The notes under the pieces: generated by a model
What the model saw: only the letters and a program-made list of their open reading frames with translations
Databases searched by the model: none
Told to the model about the DNA's origin: nothing
Part shown: one piece after another, positions 10,935 through 21,290 of the stretch
Numbering within the stretch: the first letter of the stretch is position 1
How the letters are laid out: each line of letters starts with the position of its first letter
Position numbers and translations under genes: made by a program
Assembly (NCBI GenBank): GCA_041675005.1
Contig: JBAYUQ010000006.1
Location: forward strand, 9,574-73,573
Reading direction: 5' to 3'
Length of the DNA: 64,000 nt
DNA from: Candidatus Kapaibacterium sp.
Lineage (GTDB): Bacteria; Bacteroidota; Ignavibacteria; Kapaibacteriales; UBA2268

Positions 10935-11150
10935 ATTAAAACTCCTAAAAATGTTAAAAAACAATCTTATAAATATAGTTGATTTGTTGGTATATTTAAA
11001 ATAAATTTATTCCACATTATAAGAAATCGAACAAAATAAATGTTTATCACGTAAAGCCATTTTAAAAAGTAGCTTTATTTAAACACAGGGTTTTGTTAAA
11101 TTTGAAGTTTTATTTCACCGATGAATATAATATTAATTAAGGTTTAGAGT

Positions 11151-14100
11151 ATGGATAACAAAAATTTACACCGTTTATTTGCATTATTATCATTTGCTAC
11201 GGCTATGATAGTATTTGGGATGACAGTCCAAGACAGCGTTCCCTTCTGGGATTGCGGTGAATTCTCTGCGGCTGCAATATGGCAGCAAGTACCCCACCCT
11301 CCGGGGGCACCACTTTTCCTAATGATAGGTAAAATGTTCGATATTCTTATCCCATTTGGCGATCCGGGATGGAAAATCAATATGGCTTCTGCTACAAGTA
11401 GTGCATTTGCTGTGTTATTTCTTTATCTAATTACCGTAATGGCGATAAAGAATTTCAGAAAAGAAGCAATTTCTTCTTTTGGTGATGCTTTAGCCGTATA
11501 TGGATCTGCATTCGTTGGAGCAGCAGCATTCACATTCAGTGATACTTTCTGGTTCAACGCTGTGGAATCTGAGGTTTACGCTATGGCCACCCTATTCGTA
11601 TCTATTATCATCTATCTGATGATGAGATGGAACGAAGAGGCAGATAATCCGGGACATGAGCGATTTTTATTGCTTATAGCTTATCTGATAGGGCTTTCTA
11701 CTGGGGTGCATCTACTACCGATATTAGCTATATTCTCTATTGTTTTCTTAGTTTACTTAAGAAAATATAAAACAACGTTTGGTGGTCTGATGATCACTGG
11801 AATATTATCATTAGTAATATTCTTCATCATTTACCCATTCATAGTAAAATGGATACCAGCACTATTAGCAGGTCACTCTCCAGGTAGAAACGAAGTTCAC
11901 CAATATAATATAAACGATAGTAAAGCTTTGTTTATAGTAGCTATACTATTTGTATTTGGTGCGATTGGGCTATTTGTCTGGGCTATGAAAAACAAAAAAG
12001 AAATGATTATGTTGGCTTCTGGTGTAGTTGTACTAGTCCTTTTAGGATACACTACTTACACTCAGATATTACTTAGATCGAATGCTAACCCTCCGATGAA
12101 CGAAAACTCACCAAAAGAATTTGGTGATTTGGCTTCTTACTTGGGGCGTGAACAATACGGCGATGATGCTAGTTGGCCACGTAGAATAAAAACAGAAGAA
12201 CGATTCACAAGAGTTTATTTATCTAAAGATGAAAAAGGTGAATATATATATGGAGATTGGACTCCTCCCTCTAGAGAGAGAGTAGAAACTAGCGATGGTC
12301 AGGCCGTAACTAAACCAGTTTGGAATAATATTAACTTCGGTGGTGAGATGGCTTACCTCTGGAAATACCAAATGGGTCACATGTACTGGCGATATTTCGG
12401 ATGGAACTTTATAGGAAAGTATTCTGATGAACAAGACGCAGGCGTCTCGTTTACAGATAAAACAAACCCTAGAATAGAAGAGTTAAATGACCTGAACGGT
12501 TATGCAAATGAATTCCCAATCCGATTCTTTGCTCTGCCGCTGATATTTGGGCTAATTGGATTCTTCTTCCATTTCAGAGTAGATAGAAAAATGGCAATAT
12601 TACACCTAGTTATATTCCTAATGATGGGACTATTAGCCGCGGTTGCTCAGCAGCAACAAGACCCACAACCAAGAGAAAGAGACTATTTCTATACGGGTTC
12701 ATTTATGATGTGGTGTATGTGGATAGGTATTGGAGTTTACTCACTAATTATAAATTTGAGCAAAAAGAGAGTACAAGCTGGAATAGCAGGTGCAATTGTT
12801 GCAGCTTCTACTATATTGGTGCCAGTTAATATGGCAATCGGTGGTTGGAATACTCACGATAGAACAGGCAATTTCCTTCCTTTCGATTATTCTTATAACC
12901 TCTTGCAATCGGCCGATGAGGGAGCTATTATCTTCACCAATGGTGACAATGATACTTTCCCAGTTTGGTACATTCAAGATGTAATGGGAGTGAGAAGAGA
13001 CGTAAGAATAGTGAATTTATCACTAGGTAATACTCTTTGGTATGTATATCAATTGAAAAATATGCAGCCGTGGGGAGCTGATAAGATTCCACTTACTTTC
13101 CCTGATGAGAAATTATTAATAGATGAGATAGACCCTAATGCTTTAAGCTACGATTTTGGTGAAGCTTTCAATTTAGAAATACCTGTTAAGCGTGAAATAT
13201 TGGCAAAATACACTGATGATGCTGATATCCTTGCTAGAGGAACTTTCAAAGCAATGTTCAAAGGACAAGATTATGGGGAGCAAGGCGGCAAACAGATGTA
13301 CTTATTCAGAGTACAAGACAAGTTGATAAGAGATATACTTGAGCAAATAAAATTCGAAAAGCCAATATATTTCTCGACTACTGTCGGCCCCGATGCTTAT
13401 GCTGGATTGGAAGAGTTCTTCCGTTACGAAGGTATGCTAATGAGAATATGCCCAGTACCTCAGAAAACTGCGGTAGGCGATAAATTGGATATAGACGTGA
13501 TGGCTGAGATATTACTCAACGTAAATAATACTGACGAATATAGTAAAACTCCTAAGAGAGAATTCAAGATGAGAAATCTGAATGACCCTGGAGTTTACTT
13601 TGACCCAGTACATAGACGATTGATGAATAGCTATAGACAACTATACACTATGTTGGCTACATCTTATATATCTATGAGAAACGACAATGAGAAAGCTATA
13701 TCAACTCTTGATTTGATGAATAAAAATATATCTCCGACAGTATTCCCCATGGAATATGATATGCTTTACAGAATGTCTCAGCTATATAGTGATGCTGGAG
13801 CTAAAGATCAAGCCAAGATATACGCCAAATTAGGTGTAGATAGAGCAAACAAGATAATAACAAACGATAATTTAAAATCAGATTTAGTGCAGTACGAGAT
13901 AGGGAACCGCTACTTGGGTCCACATAGATATTCGGCTGAATTATACAAAGTTATGGACGATTATCAAGGTGCTATAGACGTAACTAAAAAGCTGAAAAGC
14001 AAAATCGAAGTGCTCGAAGAGCAGATGCGAGGTCGCCAAGGCTACGAATCTCAATATGAGAGAGTTCGTTCTAACCTGATAGACGCTTTAGTAACAATCG

Positions 14101-14306
14101 ATGAGCTCGAGATAGCTAAACTTGAGCACGAAGGTAAAAAAGCTGAAGCTATGAAGCTATTACAAACGAAAATGGCTAAGTACAATGCTGATAATACTCA
14201 AGTAAGCAATACTTTAGGAGCTTTGTTGAACCGAAGATTAATGGAAATGCAGCAAAAATCGAGTGGTGACACCATAGCAGCACAAAATGCCCCAACTAGC
14301 AATTAA
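11151..14306 (+). CDS. DUF2723-family large membrane protein, putative GT-C/PMT-like glycosyltransferase, with a TPR-like C-terminus
   Basis: N-terminal motif VPFWDCGEFSAAA...HPPGAPLF. At least 10 TM helices followed by a long soluble helical C-terminal region. Confidence 0.6.
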   Translation: MDNKNLHRLFALLSFATAMIVFGMTVQDSVPFWDCGEFSAAAIWQQVPHPPGAPLFLMIGKMFDILIPFGDPGWKINMASATSSAFAVLFLYLITVMAIKNFRKEAISSFGDALAVYGSAFVGAAAFTFSDTFWFNAVESEVYAMATLFVSIIIYLMMRWNEEADNPGHERFLLLIAYLIGLSTGVHLLPILAIFSIVFLVYLRKYKTTFGGLMITGILSLVIFFIIYPFIVKWIPALLAGHSPGRNEVHQYNINDSKALFIVAILFVFGAIGLFVWAMKNKKEMIMLASGVVVLVLLGYTTYTQILLRSNANPPMNENSPKEFGDLASYLGREQYGDDASWPRRIKTEERFTRVYLSKDEKGEYIYGDWTPPSRERVETSDGQAVTKPVWNNINFGGEMAYLWKYQMGHMYWRYFGWNFIGKYSDEQDAGVSFTDKTNPRIEELNDLNGYANEFPIRFFALPLIFGLIGFFFHFRVDRKMAILHLVIFLMMGLLAAVAQQQQDPQPRERDYFYTGSFMMWCMWIGIGVYSLIINLSKKRVQAGIAGAIVAASTILVPVNMAIGGWNTHDRTGNFLPFDYSYNLLQSADEGAIIFTNGDNDTFPVWYIQDVMGVRRDVRIVNLSLGNTLWYVYQLKNMQPWGADKIPLTFPDEKLLIDEIDPNALSYDFGEAFNLEIPVKREILAKYTDDADILARGTFKAMFKGQDYGEQGGKQMYLFRVQDKLIRDILEQIKFEKPIYFSTTVGPDAYAGLEEFFRYEGMLMRICPVPQKTAVGDKLDIDVMAEILLNVNNTDEYSKTPKREFKMRNLNDPGVYFDPVHRRLMNSYRQLYTMLATSYISMRNDNEKAISTLDLMNKNISPTVFPMEYDMLYRMSQLYSDAGAKDQAKIYAKLGVDRANKIITNDNLKSDLVQYEIGNRYLGPHRYSAELYKVMDDYQGAIDVTKKLKSKIEVLEEQMRGRQGYESQYERVRSNLIDALVTIDELEIAKLEHEGKKAEAMKLLQTKMAKYNADNTQVSNTLGALLNRRLMEMQQKSSGDTIAAQNAPTSN

Positions 14307-14332
14307 TAAAGCATTTCAAAGGTTCTAATTAC

Positions 14333-14365
14333 AAGGCGTTTACTTCGGTAAACGCCTTTTTTTAT
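14333..14365 (+). terminator. rho-independent terminator
   Basis: AAGGCGTTTACttcgGTAAACGCCTT followed by TTTTTTT. Confidence 0.7.
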
Positions 14366-14491
14366 TTTTTGGCACTAATAATGTAATATTTTTCTTGTTA
14401 TTAAGTCAATTTTTAAGATATTGCGAAAAATTGGATTACGCTTAACGTAATAGTATTAAATTAATTAAATCAAATTTAGGAGTGTCAGGTT

Positions 14492-14731
14492 ATGTTTTGG
14501 ACACCAGAACTAGCAAAAACATTAGAAGATGCACCATTTCCGGCTACCAAAGACGAGCTTTGGGATTACGCTAATAGATCAGGTTGCCCGCAACAAGTAT
14601 TGGACAACATTATCGAATTAGAAGATACCGATGAGTTAATCGAAGGCATGGAAGATTTGTGGTCTGAGTATGAGGATATGATTGAAGAAGATTACTTCTA
14701 TGATGACGACGAAGAAGAACAGTACAAATAG
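14492..14731 (+). CDS. DUF2795-family small protein with an acidic tail
   Basis: WTPELAKTLEDAPFPATKDELWDYA motif, then a poly-acidic C-terminus. Confidence 0.5.
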   Translation: MFWTPELAKTLEDAPFPATKDELWDYANRSGCPQQVLDNIIELEDTDELIEGMEDLWSEYEDMIEEDYFYDDDEEEQYK

Positions 14732-14792
14732 AAAATGACTAAGAAGAGAAACGAGATAAACATCATATTATAAAAAAAGATGTCAAATCATA

Positions 14793-17018
14793 ATGCACTT
14801 TATTCCCAATAGACTAATATTATTTGCGATTATAATAATATGCTCATTGACTAATATCAAAGCAGACGAACTAGAGAATAAAGGACTTTATACTAGTAAG
14901 TTTGTTCCTTATGGCTATGAGATAAATCGGCTAGAGTTTATTGGGAATAAAGAATTCACTGATGCCGAGTTGGTAAGTAAAGTAAAAAGCCGCCCTACTA
15001 ATATCGGGATACTCCACTCGCTTATGCTGATGTATTACAGCGAGGGGCAAAAAAATCGTCATACTCCCAAATTGGCTATGGAAACGATAGAAAAGAATAT
15101 TCGTTGGTTCGAAAATGAAAGGCGTGTATTCGACGAGAAAGTAGTATTAGAGGATTTGAAATCATTAGAATCATACTATAAAAACAACGGATACCACCTA
15201 TCACAGATAAGCTACGAAATATTCCCAGACAGCACTACCGAAGAAAATGTATTAGCTTTCTATATAAAAGAAGATGAAAGATATAGAATATCCACAGTTA
15301 CCTATATTGGTCTAGATAGCATAGACCTAGAAGTAAAAAGTAAAATCAAAAATGTACTGACAGATCACACTGGTGACTACTATTCCGAACAAAAAATAGA
15401 GCAAGAATACAACGAGGTAACCGCTACTCTAGAGAATAATGGATTTCTATATATAAAGAGTAGCCGACCGATAATTTACATAAACGACGAAACCAAAACA
15501 GATAGTGTAGTAATAGAATTCATACTAGGTGAAAGAAAGAAGATTGGCAAAATAGAAATAGTAGATGTTCGCAACGATCAACCAGCTGTATCGGAGAATA
15601 TGCGTAGAATGCAGATTGCTTTCAAACCGGGTGATTACTATAGCAAACGAGATGAACTACAATCTCGTATTAACTTCCTCTCGTTGGGAGTATTCGAGAA
15701 TGTCTCAATTAGCTATATCTCCGACTCAACTACAAGCGATTCGATAGTCAACGTAAAGGTTAGTCTTGTTTATAATAACCAACAAGATTGGGAAGTCAGC
15801 CCTTTTGTGAATAGGACTGTTTTCAATGAGACTACGAATGCGGGTATAGAAGCAGGTTACGGGCATAAGAACATATTCGGTGCTGCACAGAAGTTCAGAT
15901 TATATGGCAAAATCTTCGCTCGTGATATAAGTCGATTCATTGGCTCAGGGAGCAGTACAAATGAGTACCAAAACCTGTTGGAATATGAATACCAAGCTGG
16001 TATTCGGTTCGATCAGCCATATATATTCTCACTTTTTAATTGGAGCGTTGGCACGAGTACTAACCCACAATATGCCGTTCGTAATATCCTAAATAACTTC
16101 ACTCTCAACACTTTTTCTTGGCCATTCACATTCCAACTCCGATTACCTTACTATACGATTATCAATAGTGTCTATATAGATTTAAGCTTTGAAAGTGAGA
16201 AACCGTCGGGATTAGAGAATATATTGAACCAAGATACTCTGACTAGTGATATAGCACAAGCATTGATTATTTACTCTAGTTTGCAAGAATATGATAAATT
16301 TATCACTCTTGCCACTATGAGTTTTAGGGCAGTAGGGGACAAAAGAGACAACCCGATAAACCCAACCAAGGGTTATTATCTGAATACTTCAGTTGAGTTC
16401 CCAATAGCTAATGTACTATCAAATTATATAAGAACTCAGGTGAAAATCTATAATTACTTTAGTTTATCAAGCCAATTAACAACAGCATTCAAAATCAGTG
16501 CTGGCCACATATTCTTAGATTTCAATAGTAATTATTATGTACCATTTGATAGACAGTTTTTTGCAGGTGGAGCAAATTCAGTTCGGGGTTGGACATCAAG
16601 AAAACTTAGATACCACCCGAAGGGGGATTCTACTTTTAAACAAAATGATTTGTACGGCTTCCTAGAAAACTTTGTTGGCTCTACTAGTTTGATTGAATCT
16701 TCAATAGAGCTACGATACAAATTCAAACGTCCAGAGTACTTTAGCGAGTTTTTAGCAGACCAAATAGAAAGTCTAGGACTTGTTGCCTTTGCCGACGTAG
16801 GGAATTCGTATGATTGGCTAGTAAACGACGATAGATCTGATACTAAAACTAATAACTTTTTCAGTACGTTAGCCGTTTCTATAGGTGCTGGGATAAGATA
16901 TTTCACACCGGTTGGACCATTGAGATTAGATTTCGCAACACCTGTGTTTGATCCTAACGGAGATGACAAACCTTTTTCCAATATACTAATTCACATTGGT
17001 TTAGGTCATACATTCTAA
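14793..17018 (+). CDS. Omp85-family (BamA/TamA-like) outer-membrane protein
   Basis: Signal peptide. POTRA-like segment. VRGW loop-6 motif. C-terminal beta-signature ending ...IGLGHTF. Confidence 0.55.
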   Translation: MHFIPNRLILFAIIIICSLTNIKADELENKGLYTSKFVPYGYEINRLEFIGNKEFTDAELVSKVKSRPTNIGILHSLMLMYYSEGQKNRHTPKLAMETIEKNIRWFENERRVFDEKVVLEDLKSLESYYKNNGYHLSQISYEIFPDSTTEENVLAFYIKEDERYRISTVTYIGLDSIDLEVKSKIKNVLTDHTGDYYSEQKIEQEYNEVTATLENNGFLYIKSSRPIIYINDETKTDSVVIEFILGERKKIGKIEIVDVRNDQPAVSENMRRMQIAFKPGDYYSKRDELQSRINFLSLGVFENVSISYISDSTTSDSIVNVKVSLVYNNQQDWEVSPFVNRTVFNETTNAGIEAGYGHKNIFGAAQKFRLYGKIFARDISRFIGSGSSTNEYQNLLEYEYQAGIRFDQPYIFSLFNWSVGTSTNPQYAVRNILNNFTLNTFSWPFTFQLRLPYYTIINSVYIDLSFESEKPSGLENILNQDTLTSDIAQALIIYSSLQEYDKFITLATMSFRAVGDKRDNPINPTKGYYLNTSVEFPIANVLSNYIRTQVKIYNYFSLSSQLTTAFKISAGHIFLDFNSNYYVPFDRQFFAGGANSVRGWTSRKLRYHPKGDSTFKQNDLYGFLENFVGSTSLIESSIELRYKFKRPEYFSEFLADQIESLGLVAFADVGNSYDWLVNDDRSDTKTNNFFSTLAVSIGAGIRYFTPVGPLRLDFATPVFDPNGDDKPFSNILIHIGLGHTF

Positions 17019-17037
17019 TAAATTATAAGGAGTTAAT

Positions 17038-17940
17038 ATGTTCAAGTATATACTATTTCTATTAGTAGCAACGATATCAGTCAATGCTCAAGACACTATA
17101 GAAAAAGATAACTCAACTGCCAAAGATTCTTCAAAATACCAAGAATGGGATTTTAACTTTTGGAGTATGGATTCATACAGCGATCTGGATAGACCAACGA
17201 TTGAGCTTGAATACGGAATGAACGAAGCATTCTATAACAAGGATGCATTCGGCACTGAGTTCAATCCAAATAACAGGGTTATAGGTAAAGTTGGATTTGC
17301 AAACTATGGTGAGACAGTAGCTGGTAGTGGTCTATTAAAATACTCCTTCAACTCACTTTTTGCGGGGCAATCACTTGGGGATATAGATGCAATAGGTGAA
17401 AATCTGAGCTTGAACAGTAAAGTACTTTCATTTGGAATGATTTCTAGCAATGGCTATGGCTATACAATCAGTGATAATTTTCAGATAATACTAACTCACG
17501 GTACAGGATTAACTTGGAATTCGCTAGAGTTCACTAATTCGAGTGGAATAGTAGATACAAACCAAATAGATATGATCAAAGTAATGGAAGATGGTATCCG
17601 TTTCGGTGAGACCTTCGAGTCAGGAATAAAAATAAGATTAGTAGAGAACATAGGGATAACAGCTACTTATAGTGAGAATTTGATAATGCCTCGCTTCCTG
17701 TTTTGGCATTGGTCATTAGGAAAACTAATAGAGGGAACAACTCAAGGTATAGCTAGCTATTTCGTAGATAGAGTGAAAACTACTTCACCGACTCTAGTAC
17801 CTATACTCTATTTCGTTGTTAAAAATGGAATATCTTACGGATTTCATAGGATTCGCGAGAATAATATGAATTGGCCATCGAATACTGCCCCTCCCCTATT
17901 CCAAAGAAATTTCAACATAGGTGTTAGCTTTATTTTCTAA
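17038..17940 (+). CDS. secreted, probably outer-membrane, hypothetical protein; paralog A
   Basis: Signal peptide. C-terminal NFNIGVSFIF. Similar to the next gene in its C-terminal region (KNGISYGFHR...NWPS versus KTGISYLIYEGR...YWPF). Confidence 0.45.
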   Translation: MFKYILFLLVATISVNAQDTIEKDNSTAKDSSKYQEWDFNFWSMDSYSDLDRPTIELEYGMNEAFYNKDAFGTEFNPNNRVIGKVGFANYGETVAGSGLLKYSFNSLFAGQSLGDIDAIGENLSLNSKVLSFGMISSNGYGYTISDNFQIILTHGTGLTWNSLEFTNSSGIVDTNQIDMIKVMEDGIRFGETFESGIKIRLVENIGITATYSENLIMPRFLFWHWSLGKLIEGTTQGIASYFVDRVKTTSPTLVPILYFVVKNGISYGFHRIRENNMNWPSNTAPPLFQRNFNIGVSFIF

Positions 17941-18821
17941 TGAATATTAGCCCCATCAAATTAATTTTAACCCTTTCTTTCTTCTTTCTAGTGCAGACTA
18001 ATCTCTGGTCTCAGGAGCAAGAAAGCATTGGCGATATTATCTCTCGCTATTTCAACACTGAAGAAAATGTGAATATTCCTCTACTGGAGCTCAGCTACGG
18101 ACCAGAATGGATGACATTTTACTCGGATTTTGGTAGCTCATTTGAAGAAAATTATTCAACAGAAGTTCAATACGGATTCTTCAGATATGACAAAAGGTTA
18201 TCAAGAAATGGGCTATTGTACTTCAGTTCCGAACGAGCATTTTTCGGGAATTCATCATCTCGCTTTAAGCCCTCATCCGTCAGTGACCACACTATCAAAA
18301 CAGAGATGTATCGCTACGGTGGTACATATTACAATGGTTTCGGATTAGGTGAAGAAAAAGGGAACAAATTTCTATTTTCACATAGTAGCTCCATAATGCA
18401 GGTGCAATCAGATATAGAGAATTTCACTTATAGTGAAAACAACAATCGATTGCTCTACGAATTCGAGACGGAAACAAACTTCGGTATGGCATATACTTCA
18501 GGGCTAATGTATGTATTTGGCGAGGGAGTAACTAGCTTGGAAATTAAATACCACCACAATGTAATATGGTCAGATTTCCAATTCGTAGAGTGGAGTGGCT
18601 CTTGGGTAATAGAGAACCTATTGCAAAGGACACCCGATTTATTTCACGAGTATTTTATATCGAAGTTCGGTGCATACTACCCTATTATCTATCATATATA
18701 CAAGACAGGAATTTCATATCTAATCTATGAAGGACGTAGCCGAAACAGCTATTGGCCATTCAAAGGTAGCGAAGTGTTAACCCAAAGAGGAGTCAAACTA
18801 GGAGTCAAATTCGCCCTCTAA
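17940..18821 (+). CDS. secreted, probably outer-membrane, hypothetical protein; paralog B
   Basis: Signal peptide. TAATG stop/start overlap with the upstream paralog. C-terminal GVKLGVKFAL. Confidence 0.45.
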   Translation: MNISPIKLILTLSFFFLVQTNLWSQEQESIGDIISRYFNTEENVNIPLLELSYGPEWMTFYSDFGSSFEENYSTEVQYGFFRYDKRLSRNGLLYFSSERAFFGNSSSRFKPSSVSDHTIKTEMYRYGGTYYNGFGLGEEKGNKFLFSHSSSIMQVQSDIENFTYSENNNRLLYEFETETNFGMAYTSGLMYVFGEGVTSLEIKYHHNVIWSDFQFVEWSGSWVIENLLQRTPDLFHEYFISKFGAYYPIIYHIYKTGISYLIYEGRSRNSYWPFKGSEVLTQRGVKLGVKFAL

Positions 18822-19592
18822 TCGGAATCTATCTATAAACTCACTAACTACTTCATCTTTGGAATCTTTCAGCTGTTGAACATTCCCCTCGAATCTGACT
18901 TTTCCATCGTGAAGCATAGACACCTTATCAGCAACCCGAAATACGGAAAACATATCGTGTGTTATGACAATAGAAGTAACACCAGTTGATTTTCCGATTT
19001 CTTTAACTAACTCGTCTATCTGCTCCGATGTAACTGGATCAAGTCCAGTAGTTGGCTCATCGTAGAATATATACTTAGGGTCACCTACTAATGCACGAGC
19101 AACACCTACTCTTTTACGCATACCACCCGATAGATCAGATGGTTTTTTCGTTTTCAATATTTCCCACTCCTTAATGAAATTAGCCGTCTCTCGCTCATTT
19201 ATAGGAGGAAGTAATCCTACCGAAGATAGTACTTTTACTGCGGTCTCATCTAAAGTTTTTGCGTCCCTTTCGCCGTGTTCGTATAGACCTATTATTATAT
19301 TCTCATATACATTATAGGAATCGAAAAGAGCAGCCCCTTGGAAAACGAATCCCATACTTTTGCGAATCTCGAATAATTCTTTGTAGCTTAAAGTCTCTAT
19401 TTCTTTATCGTCTACGAATATTTCGCCTTTATCTGGCTTTAATAATCCCACAATATGCTTAAGAAGTACACTTTTTCCAGAGCCAGATTTACCTATAATA
19501 CAATGAGTTGAGCCAATCTCAACATCTATGTTTACACCCGTAAGTACGTGTTTATCACCAAAGCTTTTGTGTAGATTTTTAATAGAAATCAT
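18798..19592 (-). CDS. ABC transporter ATP-binding protein, MlaF-like
   Basis: Walker A GKSGSGKS, signature LSGGMRKRVGVARAL, Walker B IFYDEPTTGLD, H-loop ITHD. Confidence 0.75.
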   Translation of the reverse strand: MISIKNLHKSFGDKHVLTGVNIDVEIGSTHCIIGKSGSGKSVLLKHIVGLLKPDKGEIFVDDKEIETLSYKELFEIRKSMGFVFQGAALFDSYNVYENIIIGLYEHGERDAKTLDETAVKVLSSVGLLPPINERETANFIKEWEILKTKKPSDLSGGMRKRVGVARALVGDPKYIFYDEPTTGLDPVTSEQIDELVKEIGKSTGVTSIVITHDMFSVFRVADKVSMLHDGKVRFEGNVQQLKDSKDEVVSEFIDRFRLEGEFDS

Positions 19593-19716
19593 GAAGTCAT
19601 ATATTTTTTGTTTTTTAAAATTAACAATAGTTTGCCTTTTATATACAATAATTTGTATTTATTTTCTATTTTAGTATCAGTATGTGTTCCGACTTTTCAA
19701 TTAAATAATAGATAGT

Positions 19717-20151
19717 ATGAGTTTCAATTTTACAAATGAAGACATCGAAAGAATCTCTGAGACATTGGGGGTTAATCACAAAGGTACTTCAGATACTTGG
19801 ACATGGACACTGAAAAACAGTGAAACTAACCAGTCCGTTGTATTTACAATTTACAATAAAACTCAGATTTCTCCTCAGAAAGATGAGACAGGTGTATTAG
19901 TTTCTGTTCAAACTAAGCACGGCTATTTCGAGCTACATGGGCTAACAGGATTTTTGCTTTTTGAGCCAGACGAAGTTATATTCGTCCGTGCCGAAGGGGA
20001 AAGCGTCTCTTGCCTAGTAATAGGTAGCAATAGCAGTTGTTCGCTATTCTCAAATATTGATAAAGCAATATTGAAATCGAGCATAACTGAGCTAGATCCC
20101 GCGATCTTACTTGCGGCTATGCAGCTTTCCTTAGCAGAATCAATTCTATAA
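19717..20151 (+). CDS. hypothetical protein
   Basis: ORF only; no motif recognised. Confidence 0.35.
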   Translation: MSFNFTNEDIERISETLGVNHKGTSDTWTWTLKNSETNQSVVFTIYNKTQISPQKDETGVLVSVQTKHGYFELHGLTGFLLFEPDEVIFVRAEGESVSCLVIGSNSSCSLFSNIDKAILKSSITELDPAILLAAMQLSLAESIL

Positions 20152-20155
20152 TACA

Positions 20156-20575
20156 ATGGCAATAGAGATAAACATATTAGACGAAGGGGAATTCGGTATT
20201 ATCCCCGAAGTAAAAACAACTCAGCTAGTTAACAATATACTTACTGATTATAAGATAGATACTGCACTTATTAATCTTATATACGTCAATGACAAAGATA
20301 TACATGAGATAAATAAAGAATATCTTAATCACGATTATCCGACGGATGTAATTACATTCGTATTAGACGAAGACGAGAAGGAAGCAGAAATAATAATTGG
20401 CGTAGAAACGGCACTAGAGAACTCGAAAGAGTACAATGCAACCCATGAGTCCGAATTACTCAGATTAGCAGCTCACGGTGTGCTACATCTGTTAGGATAT
20501 GATGACCACGCGGACGAGGACAGAGCCGCTATGCACGAACTAGAGAACAAATACTTAGGTACGGTAAATGAATAA
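20156..20575 (+). CDS. ybeY: rRNA maturation endoribonuclease YbeY
   Basis: Metal-binding motif HGVLHLLGYDDHADED, with typical length. Confidence 0.85.
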   Translation: MAIEINILDEGEFGIIPEVKTTQLVNNILTDYKIDTALINLIYVNDKDIHEINKEYLNHDYPTDVITFVLDEDEKEAEIIIGVETALENSKEYNATHESELLRLAAHGVLHLLGYDDHADEDRAAMHELENKYLGTVNE

Positions 20576-20990
20576 TGATATAGTCAATGTATTAGAAGTT
20601 GTTCTAAATAGTATAAAAGAAGGCGGTGAGTTAAATACAGCCGAACTATCACGAATACTAAAGAAAAACAAACACGATAATTACTTAGATACATTAGAAA
20701 ACAACGCTGATGATTTAGAGAGAGTAAGGCCCGAAAGCAAAAACTCATTTAGATTTTTGCTCGAATCTGAGCAAATGTTCTTTACTAAAGAAGTGCAAGG
20801 TGAGCTAATACAGCTACAATCAATCGGTCTAATCACTGGCAAAGAAATAGAGCAACTAATAGAGACTGCTATATTTCGCGAGTTCAGATTGATAGACAAA
20901 GAGGCACTTCGCCACCTGTTACCAGGTATCATAGTACAAAATAACGTAAGTACAAATAATCTAATACTCGGCAACAACTCTATTAATTAA
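20568..20990 (+). CDS. hypothetical protein
   Basis: ORF overlapping the ybeY stop by 8 nt; no motif recognised. Confidence 0.35.
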   Translation: MNNDIVNVLEVVLNSIKEGGELNTAELSRILKKNKHDNYLDTLENNADDLERVRPESKNSFRFLLESEQMFFTKEVQGELIQLQSIGLITGKEIEQLIETAIFREFRLIDKEALRHLLPGIIVQNNVSTNNLILGNNSIN

Positions 20991-21017
20991 TAGAATAACA
21001 AAAATTGAAATAGAATG

Positions 21018-21051
21018 AGACTGTCTTGATTTTAAAGACAGTCTTTTTTTA
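21018..21051 (+). terminator. rho-independent terminator
   Basis: AGACTGTCTtgattttaaAGACAGTCT followed by TTTTTTT. Confidence 0.7.
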
Positions 21052-21290
21052 TTAGAGTAGTTTGACTTTTAAGTGAGTAGTGACATATTGCTAGTATTGT
21101 GCGAAGTGGAGGTGCATACGTATCCGTCATATTAGCACTCTACTTACCTGCTCAGCAAAGCTGAAAGCATGGACAAGCGGGTAGTTACTTTAACGGAAAT
21201 TTTATTTCTTCTTCCTAAATTTCTTATCTTTGTTGTTATGTTTATACATATATTCGAAAAAATAAAACAGAAATAAAACGGAAATTTCAA

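Noticed and set aside
14367-14400. TGGCAC sequence that could be a sigma-54 -24 element
   Set aside because: There is no TTGC -12 element at the required spacing.
21060-21180. T-box leader for gltX
   Set aside because: No T-box consensus (AATTAGGGTGGTACCGCG-like) is recognisable. I kept the region only as a generic structured-leader candidate.
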